DNA of 64,000 nucleotides from Spirochaetia bacterium UBA5763 (GTDB lineage Bacteria; Spirochaetota; UBA4802; UBA5550): NCBI GenBank assembly GCA_002418835.1, contig DIEX01000034.1, positions 225,926 to 289,925 of the forward strand, read 5' to 3'. Shown piece by piece: positions 56,734 to 64,000 of this stretch (position 1 is its first letter; each line of letters starts with the position of its first letter). The notes under the pieces were generated by a model. It saw only the letters and a program-made list of their open reading frames with translations, ran no database searches and was not told where the DNA came from. The position numbers and the translations under genes were made by a program.

Positions 56734-57939
56734 TTATATATTATTGATAACAGCTTTCCCGAAATCCGAGCAGCTTAAAGGTTTAACACCTGTCATCTGC
56801 GCTGCGAGATCTCCCGTGACTCTACCTTCACTTATTGTCTTTTCAAAAGCGCGCAGCACCAGTTCCGCTGCCTCATCCCATCCGAGGAAACGCAGCAGCA
56901 TTTCTCCGGAGAGTATCAGCGAGCCGGGATTCCCCATATCTTTGCCCGCAATGTCGGGAGCTGTGCCATGAGTTGCTTCAAATATTGCGTAGTCATCTCC
57001 GATATTCGCACCTGGTGCAATCCCCAGACCGCCCACAAGCGCTGCAAGTGCATCGGATATATAGTCGCCATTAAGGTTCGGTGCAATTATCACATCATGA
57101 ATTGCAGGTTTAATAATAATCTCCTGAAACATATTGTCCGCAATCCTGTCACGCACAATAACTTTACCTGATGCATCGGCACCGTCATTAACCTCTTTCT
57201 CAGTTACAATGTGCTCCCTGTATTCACCAAGCGCGACTTCGTATGCCCAGTCACGGAAAGCTCCTTCGGTGAACTTCATGATATTTCCTTTGTGCATTAT
57301 TGTGACAGACTTTCGCCTGTGCTCAATAGCGTATTCAAGGGCTTTACGCACAAGATTTTTAGTGTTGCCTTCACTTATCGGTTTAACGCCGATACCTGAA
57401 TCTGCCGGCAGTGTAATGTTCATCTTATCTTTCAGGAAAGATAGTATCCTGACGGAATCTTCTGTGCCTGCTTTCCATTCTATTCCTGAGTAAAGGTCCT
57501 CCATGTTCTCCCTGAATATAATCATATCTACTTCATCAGGTTTTTTAACAGGGCTCGGTACGCCGCTGAAATATTTAACAGGGCGGATACATGCGTAGAG
57601 TTTAAATTTCTGGCGAAGGGCAACATTAATGCTTCTTATCCCTCCACCTACAGGTGTCATAAGCGGCCCTTTAATTGCTACTCTGTATTTTTCAATCATT
57701 GATATGGTTTCAGCAGGGAGGTAGTTACCGATCTTTTCAAACGCTTTACCCCCTGCGAGGGTCTCTTTCCATTCTATCTCCCGACTGCCGTTATACGCTA
57801 TGCGAACAGCAGCTTCAAGCACCGGCTGAGTTGCCTGCCAGAGTTCAGGGCCGATTCCGTCACCTTCTATGTACAGTATTACAGGCTTGTCCGGGACAGT
57901 GAGTTTTTTATCTGAATATGATATTATTCCGTTTTCCAT
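56734..57939 (-). CDS. icd: NADP-dependent isocitrate dehydrogenase
   Basis: An N-terminus like that of E. coli Icd (ILYIEGDGIGPE), a conserved catalytic-region motif, and an AGGAAA RBS before the chosen ATG. Confidence 0.9.
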   Translation of the reverse strand: MENGIISYSDKKLTVPDKPVILYIEGDGIGPELWQATQPVLEAAVRIAYNGSREIEWKETLAGGKAFEKIGNYLPAETISMIEKYRVAIKGPLMTPVGGGIRSINVALRQKFKLYACIRPVKYFSGVPSPVKKPDEVDMIIFRENMEDLYSGIEWKAGTEDSVRILSFLKDKMNITLPADSGIGVKPISEGNTKNLVRKALEYAIEHRRKSVTIMHKGNIMKFTEGAFRDWAYEVALGEYREHIVTEKEVNDGADASGKVIVRDRIADNMFQEIIIKPAIHDVIIAPNLNGDYISDALAALVGGLGIAPGANIGDDYAIFEATHGTAPDIAGKDMGNPGSLILSGEMLLRFLGWDEAAELVLRAFEKTISEGRVTGDLAAQMTGVKPLSCSDFGKAVINNI

Positions 57940-58079
57940 GATTAGTTTCCTGAGTTTTATGTTGATGAACAATTTAAAAGAAGAGGATATTTGTCAATAG
58001 AATTAGGATTTATGATCTGTGTATATGTCACGGGATATTTTTTCTTGACAGAAGGGATTTTTAACTGATTGTTTTTCTA

Positions 58080-60119
58080 ATGAATAGCTGGAATAGCATC
58101 CCTTTGGTCTATATATGTTTCTCCATATTCCTTTCGGGGTTTACATTCTACTCATTAGTAAAATTTATATATATCTATTTTGTTACCGGCAGGAAAGTTG
58201 TTATCAATCATATTCTTGTGGGCACATCATCTGTGATTTACGTAGCGGGGGATTCGGCAGCTGTTCTTTATTACTTCTTTACCAATGATCATGAGAATGC
58301 AAGGATTTTTATACTCATAAGGGAGCTCTCTGTTTTACTCTTTATGATTTCAATGCCCTATACTGCAAAGCAGCTACTTGTATTACAGAACGGATTACTG
58401 AAATTTAATAAAGTTCTTTTCGGAACAGCCATTGTTGCATCAGTTGTGATTTTATCACTTTCGATATACAGACCTGAATTACTGATCGGGGCCGCTGGCG
58501 AAAATATTACCAGTCGCATGGCAGGTGTTATACAGGATATTACGCCGCTTCTGATTATTAAAAATACAATGCTGGCACTTTTTATTATTTATGTTATTGC
58601 CGCAATTTTTTATTCAAAAATATACAACAGGATTCTCTACCCTGTCACAAAAATTTATGTTTCGCTCATTATCATGGCCTACTTCATATTAAGCGGTTTG
58701 TTTTATATTCTTTTTTTCAGCAGCAGTTCAGGTTATGTAAAATTTTATTTCCCTTATATGAGTACAGGTATTGCAATATTTTTACTGCTTAATACATTCA
58801 GTCTCGTTGATGTACTGGTTGATAATTCGAAGAAACTTATCAAAATTGAAAAAGACCTGAATCATATTCTCTACGAAGATAAAGATACCGGACTTCAGAA
58901 CAGAAACAGTTTTATAAATGATCTTCAGATGGAGCTACTCAGCGAAAACGTTCTTTCGCTGATATTTATTGATATTGATGATTTTCAGAATCTAAATGAA
59001 TCATTCGGCGAAAATTCTGGTGATGAGATACTGAAGCTGTTTAAAGGCAGACTCCTCGAATTCTTTTCATCTGAAGGCAGGCTCTACAGGATAGGCGGGG
59101 ATGATTTTGTCCTGATGCTAAAAAATGCCAGGTCTGATGATGAAGTTAAAAATATCGCAGGCAGAATAATCTCATCGATGCGGAATCCTTTCAGTATATC
59201 AGGAGTTTCACATGTATTGACAGTGAGTATCGGTATCATACGGATACCGCGTGACGGGCACAGTGTAAACTCTGTTCTGACTAATGCATACAGTGCGATA
59301 CGAAGCGCTAAACAGACAAAAAACACATACAGGGTTTTCTCTGAAGAGATGGCGGAACTCTCCTCGCGGAGGATCGGAATTGTCAGCCTGCTGAGGGCGA
59401 GTATAAGCAATGACCAGTTTGAGCTGTTTTATCAGCCTGTTGTTGATGCGGAGGGGAATCTTGTGTATGCGGAATCACTTCTGCGGTGTACAAATACAGA
59501 TCCCGCAATCGGCGGGCCGGGGCAGTTTATACCCATAATGGAGAAAGCCGGGCTTATTAAAGACATAGATGACATGGTTATACGCAAGGCTTTTCATGAT
59601 ATGGAGATGCGTATAAAGAAAAGGTTCAGTATCAGTATCAATCTCTCATCAAATCAGCTTGTAAATCCCGCTTACAGCGATTTTCTCTATTCGTTTTCTG
59701 TACAGCATGGTATTGATCCGGCACTGATAACCCTTGAGGTCATTGAGAATACACTTATTGAAAACTTTGAATCCGGACGGCGGAGTATTCTGAACCTTAA
59801 AGAAAAGGGATTTAAAATAGCGATAGATGATTTCGGTAAAGGTTACTCATCTCTGTCATACCTGTCACAGCTCCCGGTTGATATTGTGAAGATTGATATG
59901 GCTTTTGTTCAGTCAATTCCGGGTGATCCTAAAAATGAGGCTGTTGCTGCTCACATCATGAATCTTGCTCACTCGCTTGATCTTAAAGTTGTAGCTGAGG
60001 GTTTTGAAAAAAGGGAACAGGTTGAGTTTTTCAGAAATATCGGATGCGATAATTTTCAGGGTTATTATTTTTCCCGGCCGCTGCCGCTTAATGAACTTCT
60101 TAAAAAGTATTTTACTTGA
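58080..60119 (+). CDS. Membrane sensor GGDEF-EAL protein (c-di-GMP turnover)
   Basis: Seven or eight N-terminal TM helices, then a GGDEF domain with a degenerate GGDDF motif (RIGGDDFVLML), then an EAL domain (ELFYQPVV...IAIDDFGKGYSSLSYL). Confidence 0.85.
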   Translation: MNSWNSIPLVYICFSIFLSGFTFYSLVKFIYIYFVTGRKVVINHILVGTSSVIYVAGDSAAVLYYFFTNDHENARIFILIRELSVLLFMISMPYTAKQLLVLQNGLLKFNKVLFGTAIVASVVILSLSIYRPELLIGAAGENITSRMAGVIQDITPLLIIKNTMLALFIIYVIAAIFYSKIYNRILYPVTKIYVSLIIMAYFILSGLFYILFFSSSSGYVKFYFPYMSTGIAIFLLLNTFSLVDVLVDNSKKLIKIEKDLNHILYEDKDTGLQNRNSFINDLQMELLSENVLSLIFIDIDDFQNLNESFGENSGDEILKLFKGRLLEFFSSEGRLYRIGGDDFVLMLKNARSDDEVKNIAGRIISSMRNPFSISGVSHVLTVSIGIIRIPRDGHSVNSVLTNAYSAIRSAKQTKNTYRVFSEEMAELSSRRIGIVSLLRASISNDQFELFYQPVVDAEGNLVYAESLLRCTNTDPAIGGPGQFIPIMEKAGLIKDIDDMVIRKAFHDMEMRIKKRFSISINLSSNQLVNPAYSDFLYSFSVQHGIDPALITLEVIENTLIENFESGRRSILNLKEKGFKIAIDDFGKGYSSLSYLSQLPVDIVKIDMAFVQSIPGDPKNEAVAAHIMNLAHSLDLKVVAEGFEKREQVEFFRNIGCDNFQGYYFSRPLPLNELLKKYFT

Positions 60120-60130
60120 GCTGGTTATGC

Positions 60131-61138
60131 TCACTGTGAAATACAAATTCCGGTAGGCATGCTGTCAAGGGACAGGAATAGTTCAATATTCGAATTTGCA
60201 GTGTCCATATCTGCCCTGTATATCCTGTAACCGGTTTCTGATGTCCAGTAAATTTTGCGGCCAGTAGTATCAAGGGCAATTTTCTGAATGTCTGTAATAC
60301 CTTCATCAATCCATGGAGGTTGATATGAAATTGAAGGGATAGCTGAACGGGTTATACTTTTACCATCATTAGTATTTGTAACATAATAAATAAATCCACC
60401 AGGACCATCAACAGCGATACCTTTAAGAGGAATAGAGTTGCTGCCAGGACCGGTGACTGAGTATTGTTGAGAATCTGAATCATCGTCGTTAATGTCGCCG
60501 TTATAGGCAGACCCCGCGTTTCCGTTACCGGCAGTAATGTAGATATCATAATATGAAGCATCAGTAAAATAAATTCGAGAATTATATGTGTCGATCGTTA
60601 TTGAATAAACATAATCGTGAGCAAAATCATTCATCCATTTAATTCGTGCAAGTGAATCAAGGGACATGTTAGATCTCCATATATCATTATGACCTGATAC
60701 ACTATCGAATTCATTCCAGTAAATTAATCCGGCAGTATTATCAATTGCAATTGAAGATGGACCGAAATTCACAGTTGAGGTATAAACAACAACTGTATTG
60801 TCATCATTAAATCCTGCTCTGCATATACGATATGAACTGCCAGTATACTCTGCCCAGAAAATACGTGAATTATTTGAATCAACAGCTATATCAAGGGGGA
60901 TATTAGATGATACTCTTACGATCTCCTCCCCTATGCCGTCAAAGTTTATTCTGTGTATGGTTCCATCGGCTTCTGACCAGTAGATTCCACTAAACTCATT
61001 CCATGAGAATGTGTAATTCCTGGTTGAGGTTTTACTATCCAGTAATGTTTCAAATTCAGAACCGCATCCTGTAAATACAATCGTGATGAATAAAGCCATC
61101 ATAATTATTTTCTGATTAAAAAGCATAACCTGCACCAA
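60131..61138 (-). CDS. YWTD (LDL-receptor class B) six-bladed beta-propeller lipoprotein, module B
   Basis: Lipobox (VFTGCGSE) and six YWTD-like blades (IYWSE, IFWAEY, IYWNEF, IYFTDA, IYYVTN, IYWTSE). Confidence 0.65.
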   Translation of the reverse strand: MVQVMLFNQKIIMMALFITIVFTGCGSEFETLLDSKTSTRNYTFSWNEFSGIYWSEADGTIHRINFDGIGEEIVRVSSNIPLDIAVDSNNSRIFWAEYTGSSYRICRAGFNDDNTVVVYTSTVNFGPSSIAIDNTAGLIYWNEFDSVSGHNDIWRSNMSLDSLARIKWMNDFAHDYVYSITIDTYNSRIYFTDASYYDIYITAGNGNAGSAYNGDINDDDSDSQQYSVTGPGSNSIPLKGIAVDGPGGFIYYVTNTNDGKSITRSAIPSISYQPPWIDEGITDIQKIALDTTGRKIYWTSETGYRIYRADMDTANSNIELFLSLDSMPTGICISQ

Positions 61139-61958
61139 TGGCTAAACCGGCACCTTTCATCGGGGCACTCCCGTCATGAATATAGTTCAGCCGCAGTTGA
61201 GTTGATATTACGGCAGAATCAAATCTGAAAACGGGGCCGGCATGAACTGCGAGGTTCCATTTAACAGCAGAAGTCTCCTTAGCGGTTTCATCGTTTTTTA
61301 CAGAATACCATCCTGCCCCCATAAGAGCGGAAATATTAAAATTAATTTTATAATCGTATATTGTGGCTTGTAACTGCCATAGCGGACCTGCTGATGTATT
61401 CAAGCCCATGACACTTCTATCGCCTTTTGCTGAATAGTAAACCCCCATTTCACTATCTATTCCGTAGATATAGTACTTCTTTAAAAATGCAACAGGAAAC
61501 TCCCCTGATATGGCTGCACCTGCACTGTATGGAAGAACAGAATTAAGATTCCCGAAATTTTTATCGCAGAAAAAATCAAATATAAGAATAAAAGAATCGG
61601 TATCCCGGATTGTTGCAGGCTTGTTTTTCTTCTCCTTCAGTTGAAGGTTATCCAGCTTTTTCTCTCCGGCTAAGTAGTTCTTTTTTATCTCTGCCTCGTT
61701 GATCTGTTTTCCCATATCCCTGAATACTTCGATATCCTCCTCGAATGTTTCAGTTCTGTAGATCTTTTTGATTACTTTATACTTTATTGTAAATGTGCCG
61801 TGGTAGTTGGCAAATATGATATGTGCGGGTTTTTTATCTTCCAGGATCTTACCATTGAGTATCATGTCGTCTTTTGTTATAACAATATCAGCATAAAGTT
61901 TCGGGGGTAAAATAGAGACAGTTACAAGTATAACCGTCAGTGCTCTGGATAAGCGCAT
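61116..61958 (-). CDS. Outer-membrane beta-barrel protein with an N-terminal small domain, module B, paralogue of the 49650-50504 gene
   Basis: Signal peptide, a C-terminal Phe (…GAGYAF) and a domain order matching the module A barrel. Confidence 0.55.
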   Translation of the reverse strand: MRLSRALTVILVTVSILPPKLYADIVITKDDMILNGKILEDKKPAHIIFANYHGTFTIKYKVIKKIYRTETFEEDIEVFRDMGKQINEAEIKKNYLAGEKKLDNLQLKEKKNKPATIRDTDSFILIFDFFCDKNFGNLNSVLPYSAGAAISGEFPVAFLKKYYIYGIDSEMGVYYSAKGDRSVMGLNTSAGPLWQLQATIYDYKINFNISALMGAGWYSVKNDETAKETSAVKWNLAVHAGPVFRFDSAVISTQLRLNYIHDGSAPMKGAGLAIGAGYAF

Positions 61959-61959
61959 G

Positions 61960-63285
61960 TCAATCCTGTTCAGTAATCTTTGTAATTTTGTCCCTTTTTA
62001 CATCTATTCTCCCGATGCTGGTTTCTAAAGAGATATAGTCAATATTTTTTTCTATAAGTTTTCCCTTGAATGTGTTTCCGTCGCTTGTAATAATTATAAG
62101 AAAGGTTTCTTTTATTGTAGCATTGACGCTGGTAAGTTTTTCAACTTTTTCTTTGAGGCTATCCGGTACATTTACTTTAATAGCGTCAGCTCCGGTTATA
62201 CCTTCTGAAGAGAAGCCCTTACCTGTCTTAATTATTTCAGTAAGCACCGGGTCGTTTAATCTCTTATTAATATTTTCTGAAAGTTCAACTATCTTGTTGT
62301 CACCTCCTGCGGATTTTCCAATCATGTAAAGCTTCCTGTTGGAATATTTTGCGTAAGGTGAATCAGGTGAAGTTGTTACTACCTTCAGGTAGTTCTCCAC
62401 TGCTTTTTCAGGCTCACCCAGGCCGCTGTAACATCTTGCCTTGAAATATTGTATGGATGGCAGGTCTGTGGGAGCCGCTTTACTTTCTATATCATTAATT
62501 ATTCTCAGGGCCTGCTCATAAGCAAGAACGTTCACCAGTTTGCGGCTTTTTAAAACCGGGTCCGATTCGGCGATAAGTATTTTCTCCTTCGCAAGAGTAA
62601 AACCTTCAAGATATCTTATCAGAATTGACGCGGTTATTGCGCTGCTCTCCTGGCTGTAATCCCGTATAATTTTATTGTAATTCTTCATCGCCCTGTCATG
62701 ATTTCCCGCAAGGGCGTAGCAGTAACCCTGCCTTAACAGTATGCTGGATATGTAACGTGAATTAAAAGTATGATTTTCAATAGCTTTATCATATAGAGCT
62801 ATTGCGCGTTTGAACATAAAATTCCGTTCAAAGTAGTAAGCTTCATCGAGCTCTTTGAACTGTCTGTCATTGCTGCTTTTAAAACTTACAGGGGGTTTGC
62901 CGAGAATTCTCCGGTTAAAATTTATTATATAGAGTGCGGGGAGTGTAACTATACTGTTAACATTACCGTATTCCGCCTGATCTGTCCTGATTTGGAGAGA
63001 GAGTGTTCTCAGGTTGTTTTCAGTTATATCAGCGTCATCCTGTGACATTCTCTCCTCATATATTTTTTTATGTATTTCATATGTTGCAACCAGGGCAATG
63101 TGATCAATCCCCCCTTCATTTTTATCAGTCTCCTGAAGATAGGTTTTTAATTCATTCAGGCGTATAGATATTACAATATTATTTACGAAAATAAGATACC
63201 CGGCAATAAGCAGCGGTATAATCACTATTCCGATCTTAAATGATTTATCTTTAAAGGATGAGATAGATTTATGATTTGAATTCAA
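61960..63285 (-). CDS. TM-anchored TPR-repeat protein, module B
   Basis: Paralogous to the 48280-49653 gene (see motifs there). Its C-terminal small beta-domain reads TFKGKLIEKNIDYISLETSIGRIDVKRDKI. Confidence 0.6.
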   Translation of the reverse strand: MNSNHKSISSFKDKSFKIGIVIIPLLIAGYLIFVNNIVISIRLNELKTYLQETDKNEGGIDHIALVATYEIHKKIYEERMSQDDADITENNLRTLSLQIRTDQAEYGNVNSIVTLPALYIINFNRRILGKPPVSFKSSNDRQFKELDEAYYFERNFMFKRAIALYDKAIENHTFNSRYISSILLRQGYCYALAGNHDRAMKNYNKIIRDYSQESSAITASILIRYLEGFTLAKEKILIAESDPVLKSRKLVNVLAYEQALRIINDIESKAAPTDLPSIQYFKARCYSGLGEPEKAVENYLKVVTTSPDSPYAKYSNRKLYMIGKSAGGDNKIVELSENINKRLNDPVLTEIIKTGKGFSSEGITGADAIKVNVPDSLKEKVEKLTSVNATIKETFLIIITSDGNTFKGKLIEKNIDYISLETSIGRIDVKRDKITKITEQD

Positions 63286-63994
63286 CTCTGTTCTTTCCTC
63301 CGGCTTTGGCCTTTAAAAGTGCCGACGAAGCAGATTTGAAAATATTATCCGGATTCTGCTGCTGAAGTTCCTGTTCAGCCGGGTTGAATGTTGTTACTCC
63401 AATGCTCACTGATACTGAAAAATTTCCATCAGGTGTTATAATACTGTTACCAGCCACTGAACTTCGTATTGTTTCTGCAATATCCGCTATATCTGTCCCC
63501 GTGTGCCCGGCAGAAAGTAGAGCGAATTCATCATCGGCTATGCGCGCCAGTATATCACTTTCATGGCTGCTGTTAGATATTTTTTTTGCTGTCTCAAGCA
63601 GTATTATATCCCCTGTCTGTTTGCCGTAAAGGGCATTGATTTTGCTGAAGTCATCAATATTAATTATCATAAGAGAAAAACCGCCAGGGTGTGACTTTGC
63701 AGTTCTGAGTTCTTCACTGACCCTTTCGTTAAGATAATTACTGTTCAGCAGGCCTGTCAGATCATCCCGTGTTGAGCTTTTATCTTTTTTACGATTAATG
63801 TTTTTCGCAGATTCAACTTCTGTAGAAAGAGATATAATGTTATTGCGGGCAGATTCAGCCATGTTGTTGAATGCTGATGCAATGGAATCCAGTTCAAAGC
63901 TTTTACCTGAAAGTACAACACGGGCAGTCATGTCACCCCCGGAAAAGTTTTCAGCAGCAGTAACCAGGCTTTTAAGAGGGAGAATGAAGGACAT
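63269..63994 (-). CDS. HAMP-GGDEF diguanylate-cyclase-like protein with a degenerate active site. The N-terminus probably extends beyond the window.
   Basis: A HAMP C-terminal helix (IASAFNNMAESARNN) and a GGDEF domain with an ADDEF motif (RIADDEFALL). The ORF reaches within 6 nt of the window edge. Confidence 0.6.
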   Translation of the reverse strand: MSFILPLKSLVTAAENFSGGDMTARVVLSGKSFELDSIASAFNNMAESARNNIISLSTEVESAKNINRKKDKSSTRDDLTGLLNSNYLNERVSEELRTAKSHPGGFSLMIINIDDFSKINALYGKQTGDIILLETAKKISNSSHESDILARIADDEFALLSAGHTGTDIADIAETIRSSVAGNSIITPDGNFSVSVSIGVTTFNPAEQELQQQNPDNIFKSASSALLKAKAGGKNRVEFKS

Positions 63995-64000
63995 GTAAAG

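Noticed and set aside
1-64000. Searched for CRISPR arrays, integrase or transposase genes and prophage hallmarks, particularly next to tRNA-Gln at 22243-22313.
   Set aside because: No regularly spaced short direct repeats are present. No tyrosine or serine recombinase, transposase or phage structural genes were found. The only repeats are the two 165 bp palindromic elements at 1.3-2.0 kb.

Overview
This 64 kb window looks like chromosomal DNA from a low-GC (about 40%) anaerobic diderm bacterium. Gene density is high and I found no integrase, transposase or CRISPR array. The main features, in order, are as follows.

1. The 5' end (3-1298) holds the C-terminal fragment of a type IIG/Eco57I-like restriction-modification enzyme. 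It is followed by a DUF559 endonuclease-like gene that sits exactly between two ~165 bp palindromic repeat copies (MITE-like or attC-like). A frameshifted ASCH-domain gene follows.

2. A putative fluoride-response regulon spans 2.4-11.1 kb. Three sequences match the fluoride riboswitch (crcB motif) consensus closely (GGnGAUGGAGUUCnCC...AACnGC...GCUAAUGACUCCUGC). Two are on the plus strand, ahead of a cation/proton antiporter and ahead of a dynamin-like GTPase plus a small unknown protein. One is on the minus strand, ahead of an operon encoding enolase, a small membrane protein and two MutS-domain-V ATPases.

3. An arsenic/thiol-redox island spans 11.2-20.2 kb. It contains a radical SAM/SPASM protein, ArsR, a UPF0718 permease, a redox-active-disulfide-protein-2-like thioredoxin, a DGC-domain protein, a secreted thioredoxin, CcdA, an RseC-like protein, an ACR3 arsenite efflux pump and a CoA-disulfide reductase with a rhodanese domain. 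Perfect palindromic operators (TTGGCA...TGCCAA) lie ahead of the ArsR and permease genes.

4. A convergent arsR-hgcA-hgcB operon (mercury methylation) has a 10-4-10 palindrome directly upstream of the arsR start. tRNA-Gln(CUG) lies next to it.

5. The window also contains a selenium-associated gene pair (DUF3343 and YedF) with a 2-hydroxyacyl-CoA-dehydratase/double-cubane-like protein and its activase, a TPR-ankyrin protein, a CorA-like transporter and a ferritin-like protein. Further genes encode hybrid sensor histidine kinases, a GGDEF protein, a GGDEF-EAL protein, a cold-shock protein, a fused metallophosphoesterase-nucleotidyltransferase, a MATE efflux pump, a Mut7-C RNase, a glutamine synthetase and an isocitrate dehydrogenase.

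6. Two paralogous three-gene modules each encode a TM-TPR protein, an outer-membrane beta-barrel and a secreted LamG or YWTD-propeller lipoprotein. One module follows a HAMP-PP2C phosphatase (with a STAS antagonist nearby) and the other follows a HAMP-GGDEF protein.
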